Part shown: positions 13,715 through 28,120 of the stretch, in pieces
Position numbering within the stretch: position 1 is the first letter of the stretch
Layout: every line of letters starts with the position of its first letter
DNA from: Octopus vulgaris
Lineage: Eukaryota
Direction of reading: 5' to 3'
Assembly (NCBI GenBank): GCA_951406725.2
Contig: OX597832.1
Location: forward strand, 32,612,001-32,676,000
Length of the DNA stretch: 64,000 nt
Position numbers and translations under genes: made by a program
Notes under the pieces: generated by a model
The model's input: only the letters and a program-made list of their open reading frames with translations
Databases searched by the model: none
What the model was told of the DNA's origin: nothing

Positions 13715-14299
13715 AGCTGAACATTGTGATCTGGAAATGCTTGACACAGATATAGTCGGGATAACAGGACAAGAATATAAAACACACACACAAACACGCA
13801 TACACGCATACACGCGCAACAAACTGCCTCTCACACATACATACATTGCGTGTGTATTCTGTGTGTGAATCCAAGCGTGTCACTTTCTGGAATACGTCAC
13901 GAGGTGTCAGTAGCGCCGAACCCGGCAGGATGCAAAAGATCAATGACTAAAAATGTCGCACGGGTGAGTAAATTGCATAAAGATGGCTTCTCGTATTAAA
14001 GCGTTCATCTCACACACACATTACAAATGGTAGTACAGAATATAATGGGGGTCTTTAACTCTTAGCTTCTAGCAAATTTTACACCACACGCAAATATAGA
14101 AACAAACCAAAGAACTGAATGTAGTTGAGAAGAGGTGGTTAATTAAATAATGTCCAATGAATGGTCGCCAGATCAGATTAATATATATTTCATAATGGGA
14201 TTATTTCCTTTGTTTAATCTTTAATAAGTCATATGATGCACTGAATCATTTTCGACAAAGCCATAAACTACATAAGAATGTGCGTGTGTGTGTGTGGTG

Positions 14300-14340
<41 letters not shown>

Positions 14341-14343
14341 ATC

Positions 14344-14436
14344 AAGTGGGCACGCGAGGCGCCTACTTGCTAGAAATGATGTTAAAATTGGGGGGTTTAA
14401 CACTTCTTCTAGAAGGGAGGCGCCTTGGGTGCACTT
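14344..14436. repeat. Imperfect hairpin / MITE-like inverted repeat
   Basis: aagtg..gcac..aggcgcct..ctagaa..tgttaaa is mirrored by tttaaca..ttctag..aggcgcct..gtgcactt. Confidence 0.65.
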
Positions 14437-14619
14437 ATGATAAATATAAACTTAAATTTTATAGCTTCTAATTCGATTTAAGGCCTGTAACCACGTATAT
14501 TATTTTGCTGTAATGTTCAACTATCTATATTTACTTCAGATAATGATAAGATTCATAATATCTACATAAATATTCACTTCTGAATATTTATTCCTTACAT
14601 ATATATAAAGGAGGCTTCA

Positions 14620-15420
14620 CTTCTTGTCAATGTTACTGTCTTCTTCAAGTTTTCGTGAAACATACCCATGCATGGTCTTACTTTGGTATGCTGAGGGTTT
14701 CACCTGCAGGTCTTCTTTTATGTGTGTTATTCCGGATGATTTGGTGTTGTATGGGAGATAATCAAGAAGAGAGAGTTCGCTTCCGACACTTAGGATACTG
14801 TTTTGTTCACTTTTTGCATTAAGCTAATGTCTTTATTTATGCTGTTGTTCTTTAGCAACGTGCTCTCTCTCTGTCAGAGTGACAATGCGAAGCTAATCTC
14901 CAGCATCTACGTCTTTTATTATTTCATTATTTCTGTGGACACATCCAGTCGGTGTCGGTATCTTGTGAGTTTTATTGTCTGTGGATTGGATTTCTTCTAC
15001 AGATCAGTCAAGTACCCTAAATGTTGGAATCAGCACTGGTACTGCAAATGATTTGCAGGGTATTGTCTTGTTGTAAAAGGAGAGTTCTGTCTGCTATATT
15101 TTCTCTAAGCCTGGTATAATATTCTTGGGTCATTCTGCCATTATCCACAGTACCTTGGTATGATATATCGTGATCAATGCCTAGTTACTTGTAGCATTCT
15201 TTGTGTGTGACGGGTGCGATAGTGAAACTATTGATGCGCAGGTTTGGGAGACTGACTTCCTTGTTCAACAATGAAGTGAAAACATTTTTTTCGACCAAAG
15301 TCCCTTCCTAAGTCACCAGAAAATGTTATTAATTCCAGCTGTTGTTTGGCATTGTTAACAATGTTAGTATAAATTTTGAGGTCATCCACAAACTAGTTCT
15401 TTCCATTAATATCTCTGTTT
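14620..15420 (-). mobile_element. R4/Dong-like (RLE-type) non-LTR retrotransposon RT remnant
   Basis: Minus-strand translation gives FVDDLK (about 15390), FAVPVLIPTF...EEIQS (about 15050-14985) and KTMHGY (about 14680). These motifs are typical of the R4/Dong RT and post-RT region. Multiple stops. Confidence 0.7.
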
Positions 15421-15682
15421 ACATTGATAAATATGTATGCATATATGTATGAATGTATGCATATATGTATGTAGATGTGTATATATGTATGTATGAATGT
15501 GTATTTCGTTGGGTTTTGTTTCAGTTATTCTTAAGAGTTCGATAAATTTTGAGTTAAGAGAGTTGCTTCTGTTTGTAAATATGTGGTTGAGTGTGTGTGT
15601 TCGTTGAGCTGTCGATTCATAAACCCTAGTATCTGCCTGGATTCACTTGAAGGGGATCAGATAGAGCAATCTCCATCCCTCT

Positions 15683-15743
<61 letters not shown>

Positions 15744-18079
15744 CATGCATATACATGTATATATGTATATATCAATATATAAATATAGGATGAATACTTG
15801 ATAAGTGTAAGCACCTGTATATGCCAGATAGTGGCAGAGGTGAGAGGGTGTATATTAAATAAAATTAGATTAAAAACACGTGAATTGCGATATCTTTTGT
15901 GTTCTGTTTTTAATTTCATTTGATATATTCAATATCTAAACATATATATATATATGCAAACATATATACGCATACCCACATATACACACACACATACATA
16001 ACTGTACCCCTCCGTCTGTATGTTATATGTATATAGTGTGTGTAAATGGTGATATATTCAGCTTATCCATTGGGTTTTGAACTTAATAATCTTTCACCAT
16101 TGATAACTAATCACAAATAAGTTTGCATCTTCGACCCGGAATCACTTTTCTTCTTCAGCATGACATCAGTTGATTGCATCAAAAGCTAATGTCACACAAA
16201 TCGGAATCACACACATCATTAACCACTAATAATACAAATTAGAGATTTTTTTTTTCCATTTTTGCTTTGTCGCCGGATTTCACAGTGGTCTGTGTCGTGC
16301 AAAGATTAATGAATATTTATAAACAATGTGAGGCTCTTTTATATTTCCATAAATATAAACGTCCTCGTTTTACCGTTTCGAACGGTCTACCTCTGTATAC
16401 ATTCTTTTACTGTATCATTGTGTGTTCGTATTTCTATTTGCTGTGTATATTTTGATTATATTCACCTTTTGTGATTCCTGTAACTTCCCCAAGCTTTGCA
16501 TTCAATGAAGTTATTAGGTTTTAGAAAGCTTTACAAGCCACTGATCCGGTTCTTATCGGCAGTTTCCATGGAGTTAAACGGACCACAACGTTTACTGTTA
16601 ATATCACAATGTAGTCGATGATTACATCAGTGCAGTATACCAGCTTGCGATAATTACTTGCGGCAAGCACTCCGCTCATTCTTATATTTCAATACAATTG
16701 CGATAAATTGAATTGAATAGACGCGCAATCGATTCAAATACGTAGTGCCCGAATATATAGAGTTAACTGTTAAATCTGATTACGTGAAGTATCTAAATAG
16801 TTTTACCTTAATTTATAAGCTTATTCGATGCCATCCAGTAGAGTGTGTGTCGTTGAAATGACCGAATAAATAATATATAATTTTGCTCAGTTCGCATTTA
16901 CTAGAACTCAATCTTGTGCTGTCAGACAACCTTACTGTGACGCTCCTTAGTAAGGAAGCGATATGCGCTATATATTCAAATGTAACATTATACAGCTGCT
17001 GAAATATGTAGATGTTTGTAGTCGGAACGTTGGGGAAAGACTTGCTGACTTTTCAGAAATTCCGAAAACAAATGGTTGAATTTATGACTTCATACTGGAC
17101 AACACATTGTTGGCCAGAAAGAAACTAAACAGTTTTTCAGAAATATTGAAGAAGAAATATTTGCCACGGAAGATTCACATTGAATAATTCATTACAAGGG
17201 CACTTCTAAATAGTCGCTCGATCAACTAGAAATAGCAGGCAAGTACCTGAAATTTAACTACTAGCGACTTGAACCAAAGAAGACCATCGGTAAATGCATT
17301 CCTATTCATACAATGGAGGCAGAATGATCAAGGCTCAAATGTCTTAGGTTATCGGTCAATATGTTGATTCGATTAGCGGTAATCGAGGGGTAAATGGCAA
17401 AAACAACAACAACAACCACGGTAGTATCAATAACAGCCGCGATTACCGTTGTGATTCTTCTTGCAGCTAAAAGCAAGCAAATCAAATAATTCGCCAAATG
17501 TGTGCCAGAATGTTGAAATGAGCGGAGGGGACGTTGAGTAACAGAGTTCTCAGTAAACAATACCAGACGGAAAACATCACTAGAGTAATGATTGGAATAT
17601 CATGAATTTAAATATGACTGGATGAAATGTGAACGGAACGTAAAGAACAATAAGAGGAGGAGTAAACAAAATGAGGAGATAATGAGATGGAAGGAAATGA
17701 ATATGGATGGGCGCCATTTTAGTAGCAGCATTATTAATCTCAGAGTTACCTAAGCGTATAGCACTGTCAAAAAAATAAGGGTGGCACTTCAACTTCATAT
17801 ATTCCCTTTGAAGTTTAACAAATTTTAATAGCACGAATTAATTCCCCTTTATTTTGTCGTATTCTCTAATAGTTTATATAATCTATATCAAATATACATA
17901 AATTATGAATTGATGTATATTTAATATACCTAATATACACTAGGGCGTTATCCGAAATTAAGAAGTATATTTTTTCCACCATGAATGATATAGATACAAT
18001 AATTATAATTGAATCTTTGATATTTCTTAATGAAGAACGATGAAAGGAAGGTTAATTTCCAAACGAAAAATACTCATAA

Positions 18080-18473
<394 letters not shown>

Positions 18474-18562
18474 GGTGGGCATATGGCGTAGTTGATATGA
18501 AAATAATGAAAAGTACTCATTACATTCATATAAGATTAAAGGATATTGTCACTTGTATATTT

Positions 18563-18605
<43 letters not shown>

Positions 18606-19189
18606 GTAAATACTAAGGTGACGATGTGACATAACTGTTATCGCCCCGGGCGAACAGCCTATCGTCATTTTTCCCGTCTTTACATTTTGCATTCAAGTGC
18701 CGCCGACATCAACTTTTCCTTTCGATCTCAGTAAAATAAGTACTTATTCCAAGAACTAGCTGTGCAAAGTTTTAATTTAAAATATGGTGACGATGATGCA
18801 CTTCCGTATTATTCAGCAAATTATAAGACAAGCGCCATATTCTTCTTATGTAACCCTTCTCTCTGTGTCTCTTCCTACCATGTGAGACGTGAGTGCAGAA
18901 GTCAACATACCAACCAACATTCATAACGATCCGCATTTAACAGAGACCATGTACTATGACATACAATACAACCTATAACGTATAATATAATGTATATTTC
19001 AACTGTTTCTTTCAATGAATTTTCCCTTCAATAACCTACGACTATGCAACTATTTTAATAATTTATTTGCTAATGCAAACCATCAACATTTCGCCGGTTG
19101 ATAAACTCCTCAGTTTTGTTTATAATTCAGTTAATCTATTGCCGACAGATATGTCAGTGTACACGGTCGATGCTCTATAAGCAAACCTA

Positions 19190-19510
19190 TAATACGTGGT
19201 AATCCACTTAAGTCCACCAAGGTTTTTTTTTCTTTTGGATTGCTTGATAATGTGTACCATGCTTTCACAAAATACTTTAGCTGCCGGTGGAGTTGCAATC
19301 TGGCGTAGACACGCTGACGGACCTTCAGAGCTCGGGCAGAAAGTAACAACCTATGTGAGGAGAAGCAAGATGCAACATCATTCGTCCGGATGCAACAGCA
19401 GGATGCAACAAGATGCAACGGCGGGGTACATTGGATCAACGTAAAGCGAAGTGTCTTGCTCAAAGACACCGAATGTCAAGCCTTCAGGAATCCCACACAA
19501 AGCTTATATT
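19190..19510 (-). mobile_element. CORE-type SINE remnant
   Basis: Contains gtgtcttgctcaaagacac (reverse of the CORE-like tgtgtctttgagcaagacac) and a tRNA-like head remnant. Confidence 0.55.
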
Positions 19511-20596
19511 TGGTCGCCGTTGCCCCTAAACAATGTACTTATACCTTTGTATCTAGGGAAGCATCCCATATGTCCATTATTTTCAAAGAGAAAAGTACAT
19601 GATTTAAGTCCAATAAGTTTGTTATTCCTAACAGACTGCGCCTTCTCTAGACGCTCTCTCATTGGCACATATTCAACGGTAGTGCTGTGAAAGGTAGATC
19701 TTGGTGTAATTCCAGCTTTTCGATTCCTCAAACTGTTATTATCCAATATATCACTAAACGAAATTTAGTATTTCCTGCTGGCGTCATATGGTGAGAGAAT
19801 TATTGCCAGATTGTCGATAATTGCGTTTGTTTTGATAATGTTTCGTCTATTATTTATTGTATGGGTGTTTGACTGCTATTACCTGCAGATCGAGCGACTG
19901 TAAAAAAGCAAATAAAGTCGAGAGCCATGTTTTCAATGTTGTCAAAGTGTAGCTTAGAAATAACAGTTGTTTACATCTTGGAATTTACACGCTGCTGACT
20001 TAAAATCAGAAGTACACTTTGAAAAATGTACTAATGAATATGTAAATATAAGCATGAACTTATAGGTTTGGCATGGAAGGAATGTCGTTGATTATATAAA
20101 CTGCTCGGTCATCAAAGCAGTAGAACAGCCTCATAGCTTGAAACTTTAATCCAAATTAATAAAAAGTATACATGACTATAACAAACATAAGCATACAGTG
20201 TTGTCACGGAAGGAACGTCTTCAGTTATAAACTCTGTTCAATCATCGAAGAACTATAGCAAGGAAAACTATGATATAGCATGAAGTTATAAACAACTTTT
20301 GCAAACATTTATATAGACAATGTGGATTTTGATAAAACATGACTGTCATGGATGGAATGTCGTTGATCATGAATATACTGTATCAGAACTGCGGTGTGCC
20401 GATGAACTCCTGTTGCCTCGGATTATTACATACCTTTGTAGCAACAGTTTTAATTACTCAGAGCCCAGTGGAGCAGACATATCGGAACCTTCTATGCAAA
20501 TCTTGCGGATTGTGATATAGGTGATATTTGACTGCTATTTCTAGACGTTGCAATGATAATTGTAGGAACAGGTGTTCGATTACTGTAACCACAGAA

Positions 20597-20627
<31 letters not shown>

Positions 20628-21501
20628 AGCACAGAAATACAACACAACACACACACACACATACATATATATTCAGTATATTTTCGTGTACCATGTGCTC
20701 CAGAACAGTTAATTACCATAATTATATTAATTAGTGTTTCTTCTCTTATTATTGCATTATCTCTGTGTTATGATAAGTTTGTTTGGTGCATTTTGTTTTC
20801 GTGACTTCTGTTCAGTCTAGAGAGGGCGGTGGAATTAAATATTCCGATATGCAATTATCAGGTCCCAAATTCGATTCCAGTGTGTGGTGTCTTCTGTTAT
20901 CCTTTGTTTTCTTTTCTACAGCATCTGTCGATCATTGCTTTATGACGAATCGAATTAGGTGAGAGGAAACTGTGGAAGCCCATATGCGGTATTGTAACTG
21001 CAATTCTAAGGACCAAGCGAGACAATCATGTTCGGTTTGAGGATAATGTTAAATGCACATGAAACTACAGAATACTTAACTATGTATAGGTTATTTTCAC
21101 GAGAAAATTGTCGACCGAATAATTATAAATACAGACGGTGCAAGATATATTTGTTTGTGCGATTTCATCAATTTCTCCTATGTTGATAGTCATTCAATAT
21201 ACCAAACGTCAAAACAAGTCCATTTTGTAATGGGAGGTCACGGTTTTGCTTTCAAATAAAATCTTCTGAATATTCTTTTGAATTACAAAATAAATTCCTC
21301 GCATTTCGAACGAACAATTCACGAGACTCGAAGAGGGCATTAGAACTGATAGAGATAGCAACAATCAGAACAAAATCAACAACCAAAGCAGCTTCTTACT
21401 TTCAGAAGGTAGTGGCAGCGCTTCTACATACGTTTGCAAGAAATAGCAACCGGATGGAGAACTCAATTTATGATATGGCACCAGATATCAGGAGTCTGCA
21501 A

Positions 21502-21551
<50 letters not shown>

Positions 21552-22048
21552 GTCGTATTTGAATATCTTCGAATTATAGTTTTATTTCATCTAAGCTGAC
21601 CTGGAGTTAAACACCAATACCAAAAAGAAGAAAAACACAAAAACGACGAGGTCAACAGAAACGAGAATGTTAACCATATTAGGAAGAATAATAAAAATAA
21701 GAAAATGACCGAAATCAGAGGAAGTACAACATCAGGAATAAAGAATAAACAGCAAAACGAATTGTAATATTAACAATAACAATGGCAGCTGCAAAGGAAA
21801 ATATAAAAATTAAATTTAAGAATTAATAAAGAAATAGAATATGAAAGCTTCAAGAAAAAGATAAACTCCTCCTTAATACAATGGGAATAGAAGGAATAAT
21901 AAACATGTTATCAACAAGGGAATGAAGAATATACACGAGGAAACATAACAAAGGACTAAATATATTTAAACAGATTACAATAAGAATTGTAAGAGTAATG
22001 GACAGAAAGAGGGGGAATATTTCAAAGAGAAGTACACGCAAAAATAAA

Positions 22049-22051
<3 letters not shown>

Positions 22052-22118
<67 letters not shown>

Positions 22119-22128
22119 ATACTAATAA

Positions 22129-22160
<32 letters not shown>

Positions 22161-22163
22161 TAG

Positions 22164-22257
<94 letters not shown>

Positions 22258-22270
22258 TAATAATAATAAC
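22052..22270. repeat. (ACT)n-(GCT)n-(AAT)n compound trinucleotide repeat
   Basis: Direct inspection. Confidence 0.95.
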
Positions 22271-23078
22271 GAACATACTGATGATGGAAATGCGACAAAA
22301 GTCTATAATAATAGTCACGATATAACGATCTCTCCTGAGGAACTTAAGAATTATTTGAAACATAAACAATACAAGAATAAAAAGAAGGCACTTCAGCCCG
22401 TTTATATGAATATTTGAAGAATGGCAGACGATGTTAGAAACAGAATGTGAATCGAATTAATATTGTAAAAATATTTAGTATTTTTTTTTTCGTTATTTTC
22501 TCATGTTTTCGTTATTCTTAATTCTCTGTCTCTCTCTCTCTCTTTCTGTTTTTTTTTCTTCTTGTCTTTCATCTTTCGATAATTTTCCCTTTTTATTAAT
22601 TCCCTGACTGATTCCCCTATTCTCTCTTTCCAGACCGTTCCACCACTTTTCATATTTCAATATATGGGTTAATGTACAAATAGATAAGCTCGCACACACG
22701 ATCTCTCGCACACACATTCACACCTACATGCACACACACCCAAACATACACCTGCCTTCGTTAGAAATATTACATTTATATTTCTCTGTACGCATCTGTC
22801 TTCTCTTTATTTAGACACATACACGGAGGCTCATACATGTATACACCTCTCTAAAAACACACATACGAATGTACATACACACAAATACATATATACATAC
22901 ACACACACACTCACAAACAAACACACACACATGTTCACATAGGCACACATATATAGATATCCATACACACAGACATAGATATACCTCCATATATATGTAT
23001 TTATATATTAATATATCTCTTTCTCTCTCCCTCTCTCTCCACGTATACATACATACATACATAAATATATATACATAC

Positions 23079-23115
<37 letters not shown>

Positions 23116-23145
23116 CGTGTGTGTGTGTATGTATATATGTATATA

Positions 23146-23179
<34 letters not shown>

Positions 23180-23675
23180 CGAACATACATATTCAATATG
23201 TGGTATCTTGGAAACTATGTCAGACGATGGCTGTGCATAGTAAATATATAAAAATATTGTAGCTTCATGTATATGAAATAAAGATTTTTTATTTGGACTG
23301 TCTCTCATACCAATTAGAAGATAAATCTCGTGAAAATGTGAAATAAATGTTAGCCAGTTCGAATATCCTGCAAAGTAAAAGCATAGAAATGGAAAATTGC
23401 TTGGAAACCAAATGGTTAAATTAGAGACAAGTTTTCATCTCTGTAGACTACATCAACACAATTTTGTCACCTCAGTTACTTGACATCGAAATGAAAACGC
23501 ATTTGAAGAACTAAGAGAGTACGAAGCGTGATGATAATGGCTGACGGAAGATGCCTCCCAATTCTGCAAAATATATGTTCTTTTATCCTTTTACTTGTTT
23601 CAGACATTTGATTGCAGTCATGCTAGAGCAGCACCTTTATAAATAAATAAATACATAAATATATATATATATATA

Positions 23676-23900
23676 CAACATTGAGAGGACTTACCACTAA
23701 AAAAAATGAACAGCCTATATGCTAGATATAGACGTCAAAATCGCCATTTTCCATAAAAATCGTTTCTTTTATTTCGTATATTTTCATTTGTCTTATTTTT
23801 ACACTTTGGTTTTTTGCTGAATTTTTTCTTGAGAACACATTCTTCGTGGAAAATGGCGATTTTGACGTCTATTTTTTCGTGGTCAGTCCTCTAAATTTTG
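23676..23900. repeat. Inverted-repeat element beside (TA)n
   Basis: Perfect 26-bp IR atagacgtcaaaatcgccattttcca (23728-23753 and 23847-23872), plus outer gaggac..accac / gtggt..gtcctc. Confidence 0.8.
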
Positions 23901-24036
23901 TATGTAAAAAAATTGTTTATTTTCGGATTTTTTAAAATATGCGAGGCCACTGGTTTTAATTGATTAATATCAACTTCTACCCTTATTTAATATTAAATAT
24001 GTATATATATATTATGGAAAAAAATGAGTTACAAAT

Positions 24037-24200
24037 GGTTTCATGGTTTTACGATACTTTAAGTAGGCATGTTTATATACTACTCCTTGTATCTCCAAGG
24101 CTCTGTTAATGCAGTATAAATGATTGCTTGGAGGTTTTTTTATAATATGCCTACTTAAAGTACCACAAACGTACGAAACAGTTTATAGCTGTTTCGGTTT
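24037..24200. repeat. Nested inverted-repeat (hairpin) element
   Basis: Perfect 16-bp IR tactttaagtaggcat (24055-24070 and 24147-24162), with inner ctccaag/cttggag and outer gtttc/gaaac. Confidence 0.75.
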
Positions 24201-24264
24201 TGTATTAAATTGATATTTATCTGTCACTGAATGCAGTACATTTTGTTGATTCTTCCTCTATTGG

Positions 24265-24265
<1 letters not shown>

Positions 24266-24343
<78 letters not shown>

Positions 24344-24349
24344 AATCTA

Positions 24350-24412
<63 letters not shown>

Positions 24413-24419
24413 TTATCTC

Positions 24420-24470
<51 letters not shown>

Positions 24471-24520
24471 ATCTATCTATTTATCTATCTATATATCTAT
24501 CTATCTATCTATCTATCTAT
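24266..24520. repeat. (TATC)n microsatellite
   Basis: Direct inspection. Confidence 0.95.
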
Positions 24521-25557
24521 TTCTCTCTGTTATATGTGCGTGTCTGTGTGGGAGATGGATGGATACGTATATATATACATATATATATACATGCATGCAT
24601 ACATATGACAGGGTAACATGATTCATGTAACCAACTTAATTAGCTAACAGTTGTACGCTAAAGAGGATGAATTCGTGACCCTAGTTCCATCCTCCTTCAT
24701 TAATTGATATCAAGTTTTCTACTAGCCTAACGCTTCACTGTCAAAATATCTGAAGCGCTGTTACAACAGTGTTGTTAGAATGGAATATAACTGTGTCGTA
24801 GAAATAAGGGATTACGAAGGTGTGCAGGTAGTTCTTTGCAGCTTTTTCCAAAGTAGATGCGCATAAGGGGTATATGGTGCATTTCTCAGTGGACGAAGGT
24901 AAGCTTTCCATATATTAGCGGACTCTTCCATGTTCAGAGATGAAAAACATCGAGGCAGTTCCTTAGCAGAATAGCATCCGTCATACCGTCACCTACACTG
25001 AGCATGCCAAAAGGAAGGCTGGCATCCTTATGGGTGCCGAATATGGTTTTAAAAGACAGAGGGCAGAAATCTGTACGGAATCGGATGTTAAGCTAAAGTT
25101 GTATAGCTTTATCTGGTTGATCCACTATTAAAGCCTACCTCATTTTTTCTCACTCTGAATAATAATCCGCTAATAAATAGGAAGCTTATCTTTGTACACT
25201 GAAAAATGCACCTTATGAGTATCTATATCGCCAAATATGTTACTCCCTTATTTCTATGGCGCACTCTCTTCCATTCTCACAACACTACTGTAAATTCCAT
25301 AATTTAAAACGATACCTGTTGTTCCCCTGTTAATTACCTACTTCTTTCCCAGCGTACATGTCCACGCTCAATGTTCAAACACTTGTAGCCATTCATTATA
25401 AAGTGACTACCACACAACTTCCTGATGAAGTTGCAATTCAAGTCGGAGATTTAAGAGGTGTGACAAACTCAGTATTTAATGTATACACCTGCTATATGAC
25501 GTCATCAGACGCAGTTGTTACCTGAGCTCTATACATGTATGTGTGTAGGTACGTATA

Positions 25558-25626
<69 letters not shown>

Positions 25627-25806
25627 TATATATATATATATATCAGTTTGTGTGTGCACTCTTTTGCCTATCGACTTTGAAGCTTTATGCTGGAATTTGC
25701 TATGATTCTAATATTCTAGTATATTGAGGCTCTTGACTTCTTCTCGAGGCCATGTTCGTTTATATTCCCTCTTCCCTGTGTTCATTATATTTTACGCATT
25801 GGTATT

Positions 25807-25926
25807 GCACTCTGATGAAGCTTCATGTACTAGATCGTGTATCCTACGAAAAGGACGAATATTAGTTTCGTATTTCCTTCATAGGCACCGACTGGCATTG
25901 GAAGCGGAAACGGCCGTAAGAATTGC
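25807..25926 (+). ncRNA. Type I hammerhead ribozyme motif with stem II insertion, within a ~560-bp element flanked by (TA)n
   Basis: GCACU, CUGAUGA (25812-25818), A GCUUC...GAAGC G, GAAA (25907-25910), CGGCCG, UA, AG. Stem III is the palindrome ACGGCCGU. Confidence 0.7.
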
Positions 25927-26239
25927 TATGTCACAGAAATATAATGTAATGTTTTGTATTAAAAATTAATCTACAGGTGTGGTTCTATTTGTTTGTTTGT
26001 TGATTAAAAGTTTTCTCCAATTTTTGATTATTTAAATTTCATTCTCGATAAAATTTTGCTTATTGTGTTATTACCTGTCCCCTACGAGCATAGTGTGCCT
26101 GCATATCCATGCCCAGGGATAGCACAGGTAACTGATACCGATAGTAAATACGGATATCATATCCCTTAGCCGGTTGCTATTTATATTTAAGTATGTATTT
26201 AGGTATCTGTTTATTCATACGCGCGCGCACACACACACG

Positions 26240-26308
<69 letters not shown>

Positions 26309-26915
26309 ATGTACGTAGGTATGTAATTATAAATTCATATATACATACTTTCATGCACCCACTTCTTATGAGATAATTCACATTTTTCATTCTCTTCAGC
26401 CGCAAAGATACTGCTTGTGTTTATCCAGTTTTGGTGTAGAAACTTTTCACCATTTTATTCTCCGCTTCATTTTCTTTGTAATTCATCGACAAACTTCGCT
26501 GCTCTTTGTGCGTCCATCATACATTAAATTTCCCGCACACGTTCCCATTAATCAAACAAACAGATAAATTGGCAGTAGTACAGATTATTAGCGTTATGAA
26601 AGACCGGTCTGAGAGACCAATGAAAACAAACTTAATTTCATTAAAATCATAAGCTATCCCTCTATGCCACTAATATGCATTGGAAATATTTATTCGATAA
26701 ACGCTCCGCCATTTTCTCACTAGCGCTTACTTCATTCAACTTTGCCAAGAAACACCTGCTGTCGATTTCACTAATCTAACGGAAATCGTGTTATTTGTAT
26801 AGACATGATGTAACTACGGAATGAGAGAAACTTAACCAAAAATATATACAGACATATGTGTGTGTGTGCGTGTGTGTGTCTATCCATTATACGTCTCTCT
26901 ATCGATTACTCACTT

Positions 26916-26956
<41 letters not shown>

Positions 26957-27064
26957 ATCACAAAGAACAGACACACGTATGTCCATATAGGCACACACAT
27001 ATGCGCCTGCATGTCTATGTAGTATGCATGTATATAAATATATATATATACACACTTATATATA

Positions 27065-27102
<38 letters not shown>

Positions 27103-27869
27103 CATATATATTCACACATATTTATATATATATGTATACATGTATATATATACACACATATATATATATGCATATATATATATACATATATATACGCATG
27201 TATGTATGTATACGCATTTACATATATACTACATATATATGCATACATGCATGAGTACCACTGCACACATGCATGTGTATGTACAATTTTACATATCATT
27301 TTGAACATCTCTATGTACAGATATATGAATATAAGTATGTACACACGAATACACACACAACACAACCACACAACCACAAACACACACACACAGAGGCATC
27401 TAGTCAATATATTGACTGACGCAATGTTACTAGTTGCTTTGTGGCTGATTAAAATTCGAGTCAATCTTTGGCCGATATAACAGCAATGACGTTCCACAAG
27501 TCTTGTATTTGTGAGAGGATTACGTCGCATGAGGTGAGGCATGACGCCCGGTCAGCTGCACATCTTTACAACTCTTCAACACTTCAATAATTCATAATAA
27601 TATGTGAAATTTTCAAGCAAATTATTCATTTTCAGTTTCAGTTTCACAATAAATGACAAAAGTTCACAATACGGTACCATGTAATTTGGAGTATATATAT
27701 ATTTCAAATGTATCATTTTGTTTTCAAATTTGATATTTTATGCGAACTGTAATAGTAAAAAAAATATTTGAAATGCAATACTACAGGATGTGAAACACAA
27801 TACAAGGTGTTCGGGATAAAATTTTACACCATGGAAGCAAAAGCAACCCAATCTAGCATCCGAAAATAC

Positions 27870-28120
27870 AAATCCTAGTTTTCGTATCTCTCGTTCTAAA
27901 AATTCTAAGAATCCATCCGGTCAGCCGCCTGCATTTCATTGACAACTTAGCAACATGCACATGGAAGAATGCGTCATTACTCATGTAAATGCCCAAGTCT
28001 TGCACTGTCTGCGTTACTGGGATCGCAATCCCTCTAGGTCCGGTGTATTTAATTGGTATTGCATTTAGTTTTGCATACTGATAGCACAAGACTTGTTATG
28101 TTTCAGCATTCAACTGCATT
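27870..28120 (-). mobile_element. CR1/L2-group LINE RT C-terminal fragment
   Basis: VQDLGIYMSNDAFFHVHVAKLSMKCRRLTGWILRIFRTRD matches the DLG..S..L.F..H...GWILR.F pattern after RT domain 7. Confidence 0.7.

Noticed and set aside
20060-20370. Three spaced repeats of gtcatggaaggaatgtcgttgat (CRISPR-like spacing)
   Set aside because: They are divergent, irregularly spaced SINE-tail remnants in eukaryotic DNA.
20921-20957. Short plus-strand exon-like segment with strong splice sites
   Set aside because: It lies within a decayed SINE and has no supporting neighbouring exon.
25420-25510. CTGATGA on both strands
   Set aside because: No stem II-GAAA-UH partner on either strand. The same applies at 6103, 49383 and 58460.
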